64,000 nucleotides of DNA from a virus (IMGVR_UViG_3300010882_000009), one strand, 5' to 3'; counted from the first letter of the stretch, positions 46,666-56,203 are shown. Notes: generated from the sequence alone by a model not told the origin. Numbers and translations: made by a program.

Positions 46666-47091
46666 ATGGCTGAATTATATATTAATGGTTTTGTTGTAAC
46701 TGATGACTGCGGTGTTATTTCAGTTGATGAAACAAATAGAAAAGTGAAATTATGTGAAGCTAACTCTATACCTAAATTAGTTCATAATTTTGCATATGAT
46801 AATGGAAGTGTAAAAGGAATTAAGGATGGACTAGGTGGTGAAATGTCATATATCTATGATGCCAGTCTTCGAATTTACTTTACTAATCATAAATCTACAT
46901 TAGATGAAGCAGTTGGTTCATTGATATGTAAATTAGAAGGCGATATCGAAACAGATATAAGACTAACTGGATATTCAGAATATGCTATTACTGGGTATTG
47001 CTTAGAAACATTCCATATTGGCGGTTATGACTTAGAACGAGAAATCCATTCTCACATGGGAGAATATATGCATTTTATATTAGAGTGTTAA
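46666..47091 (+). CDS. hypothetical protein
   Basis: RBS aaaggagc. Confidence 0.55.
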   Translation: MAELYINGFVVTDDCGVISVDETNRKVKLCEANSIPKLVHNFAYDNGSVKGIKDGLGGEMSYIYDASLRIYFTNHKSTLDEAVGSLICKLEGDIETDIRLTGYSEYAITGYCLETFHIGGYDLEREIHSHMGEYMHFILEC

Positions 47092-47117
47092 TATTTATTA
47101 TATCAATTTATAGTTTT

Positions 47118-47142
47118 AATAGAAGATCATTTCTATTTAAAT
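47118..47142 (+). promoter_or_regulatory. motif copy
   Basis: AATAGAA-gatcat-TTCTATT-TAAAT. Confidence 0.65.
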
Positions 47143-47161
47143 ATTTTGAGGAGGAATTATA

Positions 47162-47479
47162 ATGGCAATAGAAGCCAATAACCAAATTATGAAATTTAAA
47201 GTAACAAATGATAAACTAAAAATGGAAATCACACTAAAGGATTTAGTATGGTTATTTCATAATAGCCCTAATAATATTGAAGATGACAAACTATTTGCAA
47301 AAGTAATTCCTGGGAAAAGAAAAGAGTTTGCTGAATGGGTTGTAAGTATGATGAATAGCGGCTCTCCTGATAACGAAGAGAATCCTGTATGGGGACAGCT
47401 ATTAGAAGAGATATTTAATATTATTTTCGAGGGGTATGACCCTTGCGATGAGTTTATTAATATTGCAGATGATTATTAG
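47162..47479 (+). CDS. hypothetical protein
   Basis: RBS tgaggagga. Confidence 0.55.
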   Translation: MAIEANNQIMKFKVTNDKLKMEITLKDLVWLFHNSPNNIEDDKLFAKVIPGKRKEFAEWVVSMMNSGSPDNEENPVWGQLLEEIFNIIFEGYDPCDEFINIADDY

Positions 47480-47589
47480 AATTAATTATAATTTGAAATA
47501 AAAGCTGCGTATGGTAGTTCACTAGAATATTATTTCTATTCATATATTTTTAGTGATAAAATATAATCAAATTTGCGAAAATATATTCT

Positions 47590-47889
47590 GTGAAGGATTT
47601 GATAGCATTGCGAGATACACTTATTGGTAAATTGGCAATAGTAAGAAAAGATTTAATTGAACATGAATTTTATGGTGGAATTAATGCTCAAGGTGCCCAT
47701 GTTCATTATGGTGGGCGTAGTGGAGAAATTATTGATCGTTGTCGGAATGATTATTCCAATGTAATGATGTACAGGATACGCCATATAGATATGTGGTTCA
47801 CAGAAGCAATGTTTGAACAAGTCTTATGCTCTTGCCGTGTTCAAAAAGAAAAAGAGATAAATATATGGGATACAGAAAATCGCGTTTAG
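47590..47889 (+). CDS. hypothetical protein (GTG start, no clear RBS)
   Basis: track ORF only. Confidence 0.4.
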   Translation: MKDLIALRDTLIGKLAIVRKDLIEHEFYGGINAQGAHVHYGGRSGEIIDRCRNDYSNVMMYRIRHIDMWFTEAMFEQVLCSCRVQKEKEINIWDTENRV

Positions 47890-47899
47890 CAGTTATAAA

Positions 47900-47970
47900 A
47901 CAGTGTATAATTATACATTTTTGATGTATAATTAATGTATAAAGTATTGAATAATGTATAAATATACATA
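47900..47970. promoter_or_regulatory. cluster of TGTATAA half-sites including two perfect palindromes (operator/iteron-like)
   Basis: TGTATAATTATACA at 47904-47917 and ATGTATAAATATACAT at 47954-47969 plus extra half-sites. Confidence 0.4.
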
Positions 47971-47978
47971 AAAATTTG

Positions 47979-48003
47979 AATAGAAGACGCATTCTATTCA
48001 AAT
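47979..48003 (+). promoter_or_regulatory. motif copy
   Basis: AATAGAA-gacgca-TTCTATT-CAAAT. Confidence 0.6.
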
Positions 48004-48041
48004 TAAAAAATAAAAATATTATAATAAAAGGGGTTATTTAT

Positions 48042-48998
48042 ATGTATTTGTTTAAAAGTGGAATTATTTTAAAGGATAGAGTTTTTATACCAGACTACGA
48101 CAATTATGCAGATATGTTTAAAGAATTAAATATAGATGGCAATCCCGAAAATACTAAGCCTATTTTTGTACGTGTAGAACTTATTCCACAAGACAATAAT
48201 GTCTTTTCTGATATTGCTACATGGAGATTTAATGTTAACCAAGATATAGTGCCTGACTGGTTTGTTAAAGATTATGAAAAAGAACGCATGATCACTGCAG
48301 TAAAAGAATGGGCTAAATCCCGTATTTATATTGGTGTTGACGGATTAGAATTGTCAACAGGAGCTAATTATTATTTAAAAGATTGTAACGATATTATATT
48401 GACAGGCAATGTAAATATTGCAATGTTGAAAAGCTCAACTGTGCGTCTGATGTGTGATAGCACAATTGTAGAAAAGATGTGTGATAGCTCAACTGTAGGA
48501 GTGATGTGGGATAGCTCAAATATAAGAGAGATGTGTGATAGCTCAACTGTAAGAGAGATGTGGGATAGCTCAAATATAAGAGAGATGAATGATAGCTCAA
48601 TTGTAGAAAAGATGTGGGATAGCTCAACTGTAGGAGTGATGAGGCAAAGATCAATTGTAGAAAAGATGTTGCAAGGATCAACTGTTAGAGATATGAGAGA
48701 TAGCTCAACTGTGCGTCTGATGTGTGATAACTCAACCGTAGAAACGATGTGGGAAAGCTCAATTGTAGGAGTGATGAGTGGAAGTTCAAATATAAGAGAG
48801 ATGTGGGGTAGCTCGACTGTAAGAGAGATGAGAGATAGCTCAATTGTGTCAATACAAAATAATTTGTTCTCAAAAGGTATAAAACAAGATAGTATTATAC
48901 TGTGTGATAATGCTGTAATAAAAGACAGTCGTACAAAAACAATCTATCATAGCGGAGATTGGAAACTAGTTTTAATTGAGAATTCTGAAATTAGGTGA
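48042..48998 (+). CDS. tandem 9-aa-repeat protein (16 x DSSTVREMW-like)
   Basis: RBS aaaaggggtt; period-9 aa repeats. Confidence 0.6.
   Translation: MYLFKSGIILKDRVFIPDYDNYADMFKELNIDGNPENTKPIFVRVELIPQDNNVFSDIATWRFNVNQDIVPDWFVKDYEKERMITAVKEWAKSRIYIGVDGLELSTGANYYLKDCNDIILTGNVNIAMLKSSTVRLMCDSTIVEKMCDSSTVGVMWDSSNIREMCDSSTVREMWDSSNIREMNDSSIVEKMWDSSTVGVMRQRSIVEKMLQGSTVRDMRDSSTVRLMCDNSTVETMWESSIVGVMSGSSNIREMWGSSTVREMRDSSIVSIQNNLFSKGIKQDSIILCDNAVIKDSRTKTIYHSGDWKLVLIENSEIR
48425..48860. repeat. about 16 tandem 27-bp units (coding)
   Basis: unit tgtgatagctcaactgtaagagagatg with point variants. Confidence 0.85.
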
Positions 48999-49002
48999 AT
49001 AT

Positions 49003-49563
49003 ATGTTTAAAACTATTGTACAACCAGGAATATTAACTAATATGCTGTTAGAAAGACTTGAAAAAGATGGAGAAACAAATGATAATGGGGATAGATGTGC
49101 AGGGGACTATTGTTTATTCTTAGAAGACAAAAATGGGAATAAAGCTTCACTACATATAACTGAAGAAAAATGGGATTTAGAACCAAGTGAATATTATTAT
49201 TCTATTCATCTTATCAACAACATAACATTTACAGATTGCAAGTTTTTATATTCTAATAATTTATCAAAAGATGACCTATTAAAAATTGTTGCTGAAATAA
49301 TCGAAAGCGAAACTATTGCTTCTAAAGAAGCGATAGAAATAGAAGAAAGAAGCATACAAGAAAAAGAAAAAGAAAAAGAATCAATAATTAATATATCATT
49401 TGATGAGTTGATTGTAAATAATGTGACAGAATATATATTTAGGCTTATAGATGATGGATGGACAGTTATAGATATTTATAACAATCTAAGCGATACATTC
49501 ACATATGAATTCATTATGCAGTGGAATGAAGATTGTGGAGACGGGATTTTTGATTTATTATAA
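49003..49563 (+). CDS. hypothetical protein
   Basis: RBS aggtga formed by upstream stop. Confidence 0.5.
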   Translation: MFKTIVQPGILTNMLLERLEKDGETNDNGDRCAGDYCLFLEDKNGNKASLHITEEKWDLEPSEYYYSIHLINNITFTDCKFLYSNNLSKDDLLKIVAEIIESETIASKEAIEIEERSIQEKEKEKESIINISFDELIVNNVTEYIFRLIDDGWTVIDIYNNLSDTFTYEFIMQWNEDCGDGIFDLL

Positions 49564-49579
49564 ATGGAAGGTATATAAT

Positions 49580-49858
49580 ATGAAAAGATATATATATTAT
49601 TTTCTTTATTTTAAAATCTCTTCAAAGTTCATTTTGTTGTCTAAACGATGTGAGAAATGTCATAATAAAGTGAAACTGAAAACAATGTGGAATGTAATTA
49701 ATAACATAAATAGCTGGAAGGGGTTGCAGAATGTTTGTGATAATATTATTTGCCACTACTTCTGCAGTAAATGCTTTAGTATTGATGATATAGGAAGGAA
49801 TGAATTAGAAGATTATCTTAAAATTAATGGCGTAGGATATACTAAACGTGCGTTGTAG
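49580..49858 (+). CDS. hypothetical Cys-rich protein
   Basis: RBS atggaaggta; CEKCH..C..C..C. Confidence 0.45.
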   Translation: MKRYIYYFLYFKISSKFILLSKRCEKCHNKVKLKTMWNVINNINSWKGLQNVCDNIICHYFCSKCFSIDDIGRNELEDYLKINGVGYTKRAL

Positions 49859-49919
49859 ATAATATTAAAAACGGAGCAAGCATTAATACATTTATAAATA
49901 AGGTTTAGATAAGGAGTAT

Positions 49920-50186
49920 ATGAAGATGTTTTTATATTTATTGTTAGGATTTATTACGGCTATGTTATTTATATCTTTTGCAAAAGATTCAAATGGGGTA
50001 AAGATTTTTAATAAAGACGACGACTATGTTAATAACGCTATTATTATAGTAGCATTAACAATAATTTTTCCATTAGTTTGGCTTTTGTATATTTGTTATA
50101 TATTTAGTGAATTAGTATTATTATGCTCTCATAAAATAAAAATATATGTTGATATTATAAAAAAGAAATACGATAGATATAATTAA
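49920..50186 (+). CDS. membrane protein (2 TM)
   Basis: RBS taaggagta. Confidence 0.5.
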   Translation: MKMFLYLLLGFITAMLFISFAKDSNGVKIFNKDDDYVNNAIIIVALTIIFPLVWLLYICYIFSELVLLCSHKIKIYVDIIKKKYDRYN

Positions 50187-50223
50187 TAAGTAGAATCATA
50201 AATTATATTATAAGGATGATTAG

Positions 50224-50457
50224 ATGTTAAAAATAATATCAAAAGATTATGATAAAGAGATTAGATGTAATGTCTGGCATTCACTAGAAGAATTTTTTGA
50301 TGATAATAGCAGTGAGTATCCAACAGTTAGTTTTGACGATGAAGTTATAGCAGTTATTCTTTTTGGTGCAACAATTTATTCATCATTCACTAAATATAAT
50401 GATAATAAAGATGATAAAGTATTTATTAAAGATATATATGAGTGGTTAAATAATTAA
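50224..50457 (+). CDS. hypothetical protein
   Basis: RBS taaggatga. Confidence 0.5.
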   Translation: MLKIISKDYDKEIRCNVWHSLEEFFDDNSSEYPTVSFDDEVIAVILFGATIYSSFTKYNDNKDDKVFIKDIYEWLNN

Positions 50458-50465
50458 AATATTTT

Positions 50466-50490
50466 AATAGAATATTTCTTCTATTAAAAT
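50466..50490 (+). promoter_or_regulatory. motif copy
   Basis: AATAGAA-tatttc-TTCTATT-AAAAT. Confidence 0.65.
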
Positions 50491-50555
50491 TTGTATTAAA
50501 ATTTTATTTGCAAAGAAATGAATTTTCACAAATTTTAGTTTAAGGATTGGTCATT

Positions 50556-51080
50556 ATGAATAATGAAATTATAGATAATATTATTAATATCTCTATTCTA
50601 GCTGGGACTCTTATTAATAAGAATATTATTAGTGATGATGATTTTAAAAGCAAAGATGGATTAGAAGGTACAATTATTAAAATTGCAAATGAAATGGAAG
50701 AAAGAAGCAAATATGATAATTGTTTTGATATTAATAAATTCGCATACGACAAATTATTAATCGCTTCAGGTAGAAAAAAAACGTTTAATATTAAAAGATT
50801 TTTAGAATTTCATAATATTTTAAATTGTATCCTCATTATAAATTGTAAAACAGAAGAAGAAGCTATAGATTTATTTAGAATATTTAGTGATAATAATATT
50901 AAATGGCATTCGTCATCTATTATTGACAAACAAAATACATACTGGCAATCACACAAAGAAAATACATGCTATTGTATAGAGAATGGTTGCATTTCATATG
51001 GGGCTTTAGTATATTTTAAACATTGTGAATACTATCATTATAGTAAAATATTAAGCTACTCAGATATTTTATTTGTATAA
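50556..51080 (+). CDS. hypothetical protein
   Basis: RBS aaggattgg. Confidence 0.5.
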   Translation: MNNEIIDNIINISILAGTLINKNIISDDDFKSKDGLEGTIIKIANEMEERSKYDNCFDINKFAYDKLLIASGRKKTFNIKRFLEFHNILNCILIINCKTEEEAIDLFRIFSDNNIKWHSSSIIDKQNTYWQSHKENTCYCIENGCISYGALVYFKHCEYYHYSKILSYSDILFV

Positions 51081-51116
51081 TTATTATTTGTAATAAATTT
51101 TTGGAGGGATATAATT

Positions 51117-51344
51117 ATGAAAATGGAATCTGAAGATTCGCGAAGATTATTATCAAATTTAAAAGCATTTGATACATATGATGGTATAATGGTTACTCCA
51201 ATAATGTCAGTATTGGCAGGAGAAATTGTTACAATTAATACTGTTGGAGATAAGACATATTCAATATGCAATCATGAAAAATCAAAATATTGTGTAATGT
51301 ATGATTGGACAGATGCTATGTTTGATTGGAGTGATAGTGAATGA
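51117..51344 (+). CDS. hypothetical protein, paralogue of 9916-10158
   Basis: RBS ttggaggga. Confidence 0.5.
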   Translation: MKMESEDSRRLLSNLKAFDTYDGIMVTPIMSVLAGEIVTINTVGDKTYSICNHEKSKYCVMYDWTDAMFDWSDSE

Positions 51345-51592
51345 GCAAAGAAAGATTTATAAAAGAATGCGGAATATTATTTAACTGTGCTGAAAGTTAT
51401 TTTCAAAAATTTGAATTAATAAAAGGTTCTGATCTTAGTAGCGACAGATATATAGATAACGATGATTATGTATTAGTATATTGTAAAGATGGATTACAAT
51501 ATGCAATTCATATAAATCCAAATTCAATCACTAGAATAGATATTATTAATGATATAGCGAATGGAATTAAATCAATAAGAATACAAAGATAG
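51341..51592 (+). CDS. hypothetical protein
   Basis: ATGA overlap with upstream gene. Confidence 0.5.
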   Translation: MSKERFIKECGILFNCAESYFQKFELIKGSDLSSDRYIDNDDYVLVYCKDGLQYAIHINPNSITRIDIINDIANGIKSIRIQR

Positions 51593-51768
51593 AACGAATA
51601 GGCATAGTAAAAATACATTTATATATCAATTATATCGGAAAACAGTACATGATTTTTAGTTTTTATTATTTATTAAAAACATAGGCAGAATGCACTTTTA
51701 TAATGGTGTGCAAAAATTAAATATGGCGCATACTTTTCGCATGAATAATTTCATAAAGGGGGGAGTAA

Positions 51769-52110
51769 ATGAAACTTAAAGATCTAAAAAATGGTATGAG
51801 AATAGTAGTTAGAAATAAAAGTATATTCGTTGTGTTTGAAAATATAAATACACGAATGAATGGGTTTGTAGAAAAATTTTTTGTAAAGTTTAGTGAACAC
51901 GAAGACGAAGAACTTAAAATTATACTATCGCGTTTATATGATATAAATATAGGATGCGGATTTATGGGTTCAAATAAGTATAATGAAGATATGCTTTGCC
52001 CAACAGATAAAGCATTTGATATTATGAAAGTCTTATACCCAAGAGGTGATATTTTCTTTTTATCACGAAAACTAGAAAATATGGATTTAATATGGGAGAG
52101 GAATAAATAG
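51769..52110 (+). CDS. hypothetical protein, paralogue of N-domain of 43989-44675
   Basis: RBS aaagggggga; shared M.L.DLK.GMR...RN......EN. Confidence 0.55.
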   Translation: MKLKDLKNGMRIVVRNKSIFVVFENINTRMNGFVEKFFVKFSEHEDEELKIILSRLYDINIGCGFMGSNKYNEDMLCPTDKAFDIMKVLYPRGDIFFLSRKLENMDLIWERNK

Positions 52111-52161
52111 GTGTATTATGTGGGTGTACATGAGATATTCAAGTGATAGGGGGTAAGTGAA

Positions 52162-52533
52162 ATGCCAAAGCGCATAGCAAATTTTGACACAACTGATGTA
52201 GATATTGTTAGTGAACCTATTCCAAAGAAAAAAAGAAGTTGGAAAAGCAGGATAGAAGAATCAGAAGATTTTGAAAATAAAATGAAGGAAGCAGCAACAT
52301 TAAAAGCAAGAGTAAATAAAACAAAAGATAGATGTAGTTTGTTTAAAACTGGATCTAGAGTAATAATAAATTTATATCCAGATACAGTAAGCGCATGGGT
52401 TGCTGATGATGTAGCTAAAACACTAGAAGGAACAGTAGTGCAAAAACTATATCATTTTATGTCTATAAAAACAGATAAATATACAACAAGCGTAAGTTAT
52501 ATAGATATAGATGATGTAAATTTAGTTGCTTAA
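52162..52533 (+). CDS. hypothetical protein
   Basis: RBS atagggggtaa. Confidence 0.55.
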   Translation: MPKRIANFDTTDVDIVSEPIPKKKRSWKSRIEESEDFENKMKEAATLKARVNKTKDRCSLFKTGSRVIINLYPDTVSAWVADDVAKTLEGTVVQKLYHFMSIKTDKYTTSVSYIDIDDVNLVA

Positions 52534-52541
52534 ACAATCAT

Positions 52542-52570
52542 TTGACAATAAACAATAGATATGGTATAAT
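52542..52570 (+). promoter_or_regulatory. consensus sigma70-type promoter TTGACA-17-TATAAT
   Basis: perfect -35 and -10 hexamers with 17-nt spacer. Confidence 0.5.
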
Positions 52571-52584
52571 AAATATTCTGTCAA

Positions 52585-52622
52585 TGCCCCACGCCCCTAA
52601 AGGGTAGCGGGTTTCTCGCTTG
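52585..52622 (-). repeat. structured repeat element copy D (reverse orientation), just downstream of the promoter
   Basis: revcomp CAAGCGAGAAACCCGCTACCCTTTAGGGGCGTGGGGCA. Confidence 0.55.
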
Positions 52623-52771
52623 TTCCTTATAAAAATTTTTCATTGCAAGAATTATATGAAAAGCTTAATAAAGAAATAAAGTATGAAATTATAGAATCAA
52701 AAGTTAAGCAATGGATAGAAAGTGGTTATTTATTTGAATATCCAACTGGAAGGTATATAATTAAAATATAA
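52601..52771 (+). pseudogene. start-less gene fragment (winged-helix-like C-terminus) homologous to 62020-62268
   Basis: ..NFSLQELYEKLNKEIKYEIIESKVKQWIESGYLFEYPTGRYIIKI*; no ATG/GTG; shares 17-bp identical core tgaatatccaactggaa. Confidence 0.35.
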
Positions 52772-52791
52772 TTAATAATTAAAAATATTGC

Positions 52792-52820
52792 TTGACTTTA
52801 TTATTTAATCATACTATAAT
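52792..52820 (+). promoter_or_regulatory. sigma70-type promoter TTGACT-17-TATAAT
   Basis: 24 nt upstream of ATG 52845. Confidence 0.5.
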
Positions 52821-52844
52821 GATATTATTTGAAAGGATATATAT

Positions 52845-53192
52845 ATGGAGAGTAGTATTATACATATACCTGCAGAAGTAGTATTAGCAAATTTATTAGC
52901 TAATAATAAAAATGATAATGGTATTTCTATTGATGATATTATGCAATATTATTCGCTTGTTAGTAAAATAGAAGGACTATTATATGATATTGTATTTAAT
53001 ATCAATACAAATGATATGAATTATGCTGTAATACAATATCCAAAATTATTCTATAAATTCCAGGATAGATATTATTGCAAACAAAATGCAAAAATAAATT
53101 TGCATAATTTTAATGGAAGGTATAGCCAAATTATAAACTATATATTAACAGATTGCGCAAACAACCTTAATATGAATAAGGAGATAAAATGA
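52845..53192 (+). CDS. hypothetical protein
   Basis: RBS gaaaggata. Confidence 0.55.
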   Translation: MESSIIHIPAEVVLANLLANNKNDNGISIDDIMQYYSLVSKIEGLLYDIVFNINTNDMNYAVIQYPKLFYKFQDRYYCKQNAKINLHNFNGRYSQIINYILTDCANNLNMNKEIK

Positions 53193-53737
53193 TAAATTTT
53201 AATGATATCCCACAATTCACAGAAAGTGGACAATGGGAATGTAGTTATAGTTTTAAATCTTTATTGGAATTCATTGATGAAGAAGTATCAGAGCGTGGAT
53301 TGCAGTTGAATCCAGATTTTCAACGTGGGAGGGTTTGGAGTAATGAACAAAGTTCTAAATATATAGAGTTTGTTTTACAAGGTGGTAGGACTGCAAATAT
53401 AATTTATCTCAACAATCCTTCATGGCATACTGTTGTTGATATTGATGATAATAGATATAATGATTTTGTATGCGTAGATGGATTGCAACGGCTTACATCA
53501 ATACGACAATTTATGAATAATGAGATAAAAGTATTTGATAATTATTATAAAGATTTTACTGGAACAAATAGAATGAGAATGTTAAATTTACGAGTAAATG
53601 TAAATGATTTAAAAACACGAGAGCAAGTTTTGCGTTGGTATTTAGAAATGAATAGTGGTGGGGTTGTTCATACTAAAGAAGAAATTGATAAGGTTAAGAG
53701 ACTGCTTGATGAAGAATTAAAAGTTAATTCAAAATAA
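53189..53737 (+). CDS. DUF262 (ParB/Srx-fold, GmrSD N-domain-like) protein
   Basis: NPDFQRGRVW and VDGLQRLTS motifs; ATGA overlap upstream. Confidence 0.6.
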   Translation: MINFNDIPQFTESGQWECSYSFKSLLEFIDEEVSERGLQLNPDFQRGRVWSNEQSSKYIEFVLQGGRTANIIYLNNPSWHTVVDIDDNRYNDFVCVDGLQRLTSIRQFMNNEIKVFDNYYKDFTGTNRMRMLNLRVNVNDLKTREQVLRWYLEMNSGGVVHTKEEIDKVKRLLDEELKVNSK

Positions 53738-53753
53738 AGATTGGAGACTTGCT

Positions 53754-54077
53754 ATGAATTATTTATATTCTGTTATTGCAAGTTGTAATAACGATGTTTA
53801 TATTAAAAAATATGAAATTATTAAAGAAACTGAAAAGCAATTTAAAATTAAAGATAATGGCTCATATTGTGAACGAACAATTAATAAGAGTTCACTTATG
53901 AATATAGATAGAGACTTTTTACTAGGTGTATTTTGCTATGAAGAACAGATTAATGATGCGATAAACTTATTAATTCTACACTATGATTCAAATATTGAAG
54001 CTTTACAGAAGCGTATTGACGGAGCTAATTTAATAATTGGTAAATTACATGCTTATGCTAAACTAAAATCTAAATAG
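53754..54077 (+). CDS. hypothetical protein
   Basis: RBS ttggagac. Confidence 0.5.
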   Translation: MNYLYSVIASCNNDVYIKKYEIIKETEKQFKIKDNGSYCERTINKSSLMNIDRDFLLGVFCYEEQINDAINLLILHYDSNIEALQKRIDGANLIIGKLHAYAKLKSK

Positions 54078-54097
54078 AACGTCCATTTGATTAAAAG
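54073..54097 (+). promoter_or_regulatory. motif copy (variant right half)
   Basis: AATAGAA-cgtcca-TTTGATT-AAAAG. Confidence 0.5.
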
Positions 54098-54152
54098 TAA
54101 TATATATAGTATAATTATAACCACAATAATTAGTTTTATAAGGAGGAATAAA

Positions 54153-54488
54153 ATGGCGATAAAGTTCAATAGCAAAGAGTTGCAAGAATTAGACGCAATA
54201 TGTAGAAAACACGGATATTTTGTAAATACAATAAGGCGATTCGCTAAAGCAGATATTCCAAATATTCATATAGCATCTTTGGGCGAAAGATATTATTCTG
54301 AAATATATCAGGTAGGTATAGATGCAACAAATGCATTTTCTGCTCAAACAATATCTTATGGTGCATTTGAAATTGATGAATATGAAAAATTTGTAGATGC
54401 ATCAAATAATATTTTAAAATTATTAAAAATACTTAATAATTTTGATTTTGCTAAAATATCTGAATGTGATTATTATTATGAATCATAA
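54153..54488 (+). CDS. hypothetical protein
   Basis: RBS taaggagga. Confidence 0.5.
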   Translation: MAIKFNSKELQELDAICRKHGYFVNTIRRFAKADIPNIHIASLGERYYSEIYQVGIDATNAFSAQTISYGAFEIDEYEKFVDASNNILKLLKILNNFDFAKISECDYYYES

Positions 54489-54515
54489 TATTATTTGTTT
54501 GTGAAGGAGATAACT

Positions 54516-55013
54516 ATGAATAATAATATATGTTTGAGTAAGCATGAAGAAAATTTTAAATATTTAGAAGGATGTTGTCTTAATGAAATTAATTGTGTAA
54601 AGACAAAGTTAAGAGATTTGTTATATAAACAAGAGCAAAATCAATTTTATAAAAGACAAATTGATTTTGCAAAATCTAATAATATTTGTCAATTTGATGA
54701 ATATAAATTCATGCAAAATGAAAGAACTTCTTATGAATATGAATTAGAACAAAAATATTTTACAGATTATGATATTAATAATATTATACTTAGTAGTATT
54801 GGCATTGGGATAAAAGATAAAAATGGAAGAGATATTCATATTGGTAATAAAATTAAGCATAATGATGATATATGGATAATAGGTTTTGGAGAATATATTG
54901 ATGAAGGTTTGGGATATAGTTATAATGCATATGGAACATATATACGTAGTATTGGGAATGATACTATGCCAATTGATTTGGATATTATTAAAGAATGTGA
55001 AGTAATTAGCTAA
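54516..55013 (+). CDS. hypothetical protein
   Basis: RBS tgaaggaga. Confidence 0.5.
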   Translation: MNNNICLSKHEENFKYLEGCCLNEINCVKTKLRDLLYKQEQNQFYKRQIDFAKSNNICQFDEYKFMQNERTSYEYELEQKYFTDYDINNIILSSIGIGIKDKNGRDIHIGNKIKHNDDIWIIGFGEYIDEGLGYSYNAYGTYIRSIGNDTMPIDLDIIKECEVIS

Positions 55014-55054
55014 TTAAATTTTTAAAAACACGGCGAGAATAGGAGATGATATAA

Positions 55055-55411
55055 ATGGATTTTGAAAAATTTATTGATGAAATAGTATTAGATAATCTGT
55101 ATAAAGAAGCAATTAATAATAGAATAGTATCATGTATTAGACGTATTGAATTACAATTTGCTAAACATACAGTATCAGTTCTTGTTCCATATGATTTTAT
55201 AGCGTATATTATTGGTGAGTTGAATGGAATGTTTAATGCTTGGAGTATGTTAAAAATTGTTAGAAATATGAATATTAAATTGGATTATAATAATAAGTTG
55301 ATTATCTTTAATAATTTAGAAGACAATTCGCAAATTAAGCCATATAATATTTCAATAAAAATACCATATGATACATTTATCCAAGATAAAATAAACGAAC
55401 AATTTAAATAG
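55055..55411 (+). CDS. hypothetical protein
   Basis: RBS ataggagatg. Confidence 0.55.
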   Translation: MDFEKFIDEIVLDNLYKEAINNRIVSCIRRIELQFAKHTVSVLVPYDFIAYIIGELNGMFNAWSMLKIVRNMNIKLDYNNKLIIFNNLEDNSQIKPYNISIKIPYDTFIQDKINEQFK

Positions 55412-55502
55412 AACAATACATTTATGAAAATTGAGGAGTAGATTATATGGGATTTGGAACCTCAGCGTCAGGGAAAGCATGTAATACAGGGGGTAATCAA
55501 TT

Positions 55503-55820
55503 TTGAAAATTAATGATTGCAATTCTTATCGAGTAGACCACAACTTTATCAATCGTATTAAAGAGTTACATGAGATTTATGGTGAATCATACCAAGAAAT
55601 TATGGCAATCGAAGAAATGGCAGAGCTTACTAAGGCTCTAATAAAGAAATTGCGCAAGAAGGAAAATATTAATGATATAATTGAAGAAGTAGCCGATTCG
55701 CTTATTTGTATTATATCATTAGCTCATTTATATGGATACGAAAAGGTAATGAGTATTATAAATCAAAAGTGGCAGCGGCAAAGTGAACGAGATAGTTTAG
55801 AGAAGTATGCTAATAAATAG
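55503..55820 (+). CDS. MazG-like nucleotide pyrophosphohydrolase (all-alpha NTP-PPase) (TTG start)
   Basis: EEMAELTKAL...EEVADSLICIISLA paired EExxE/D helices. Confidence 0.55.
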   Translation: MKINDCNSYRVDHNFINRIKELHEIYGESYQEIMAIEEMAELTKALIKKLRKKENINDIIEEVADSLICIISLAHLYGYEKVMSIINQKWQRQSERDSLEKYANK

Positions 55821-55960
55821 AGTAATATTACAGCTAACGAATTTTATATAGAAGTGTAATTTGATTCAAATTTTTGGATGATAGATAGGAGAATAAAATT
55901 GACAGTTAAAGAATGGAATAATTATAATGAACACAAAAATATGTGTATATTAAGGATAAA

Positions 55961-56203
55961 ATGATATATAAAGCAATATATGCATATGAAGATGCACATG
56001 AAGAAATATATGAGCTTCCAATAAATAGCGCATATAATTGTAGACCAAATAAAATAGCATATCCAGATTGTTGCGATTATGAATTTGTAAAAATATTAAA
56101 TGAGTGTGGAGTGGATTTATTATTTTCAAAATACATTGCATGTAGATTAAAAGAAGATGAAAAATATTATGGTGAAATATTAGATTATAATAATGGAGAA
56201 TAA
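55961..56203 (+). CDS. hypothetical protein
   Basis: RBS taaggata; alternative start 55943. Confidence 0.45.
   Translation: MIYKAIYAYEDAHEEIYELPINSAYNCRPNKIAYPDCCDYEFVKILNECGVDLLFSKYIACRLKEDEKYYGEILDYNNGE

Noticed and set aside
5947-48860. Tandem 18-bp and 27-bp direct repeats as possible CRISPR arrays
   Set aside because: Units are contiguous with no spacers, in-frame inside long ORFs, and show no repeat-spacer architecture or cas genes.
5225-52622. GC-rich repeat elements A-D as tRNA genes or fragments
   Set aside because: Too short (about 45 nt), with no acceptor/T-arm pairing or CCA-compatible 3' end. The GGGTTCACA tail only superficially resembles a T-loop.
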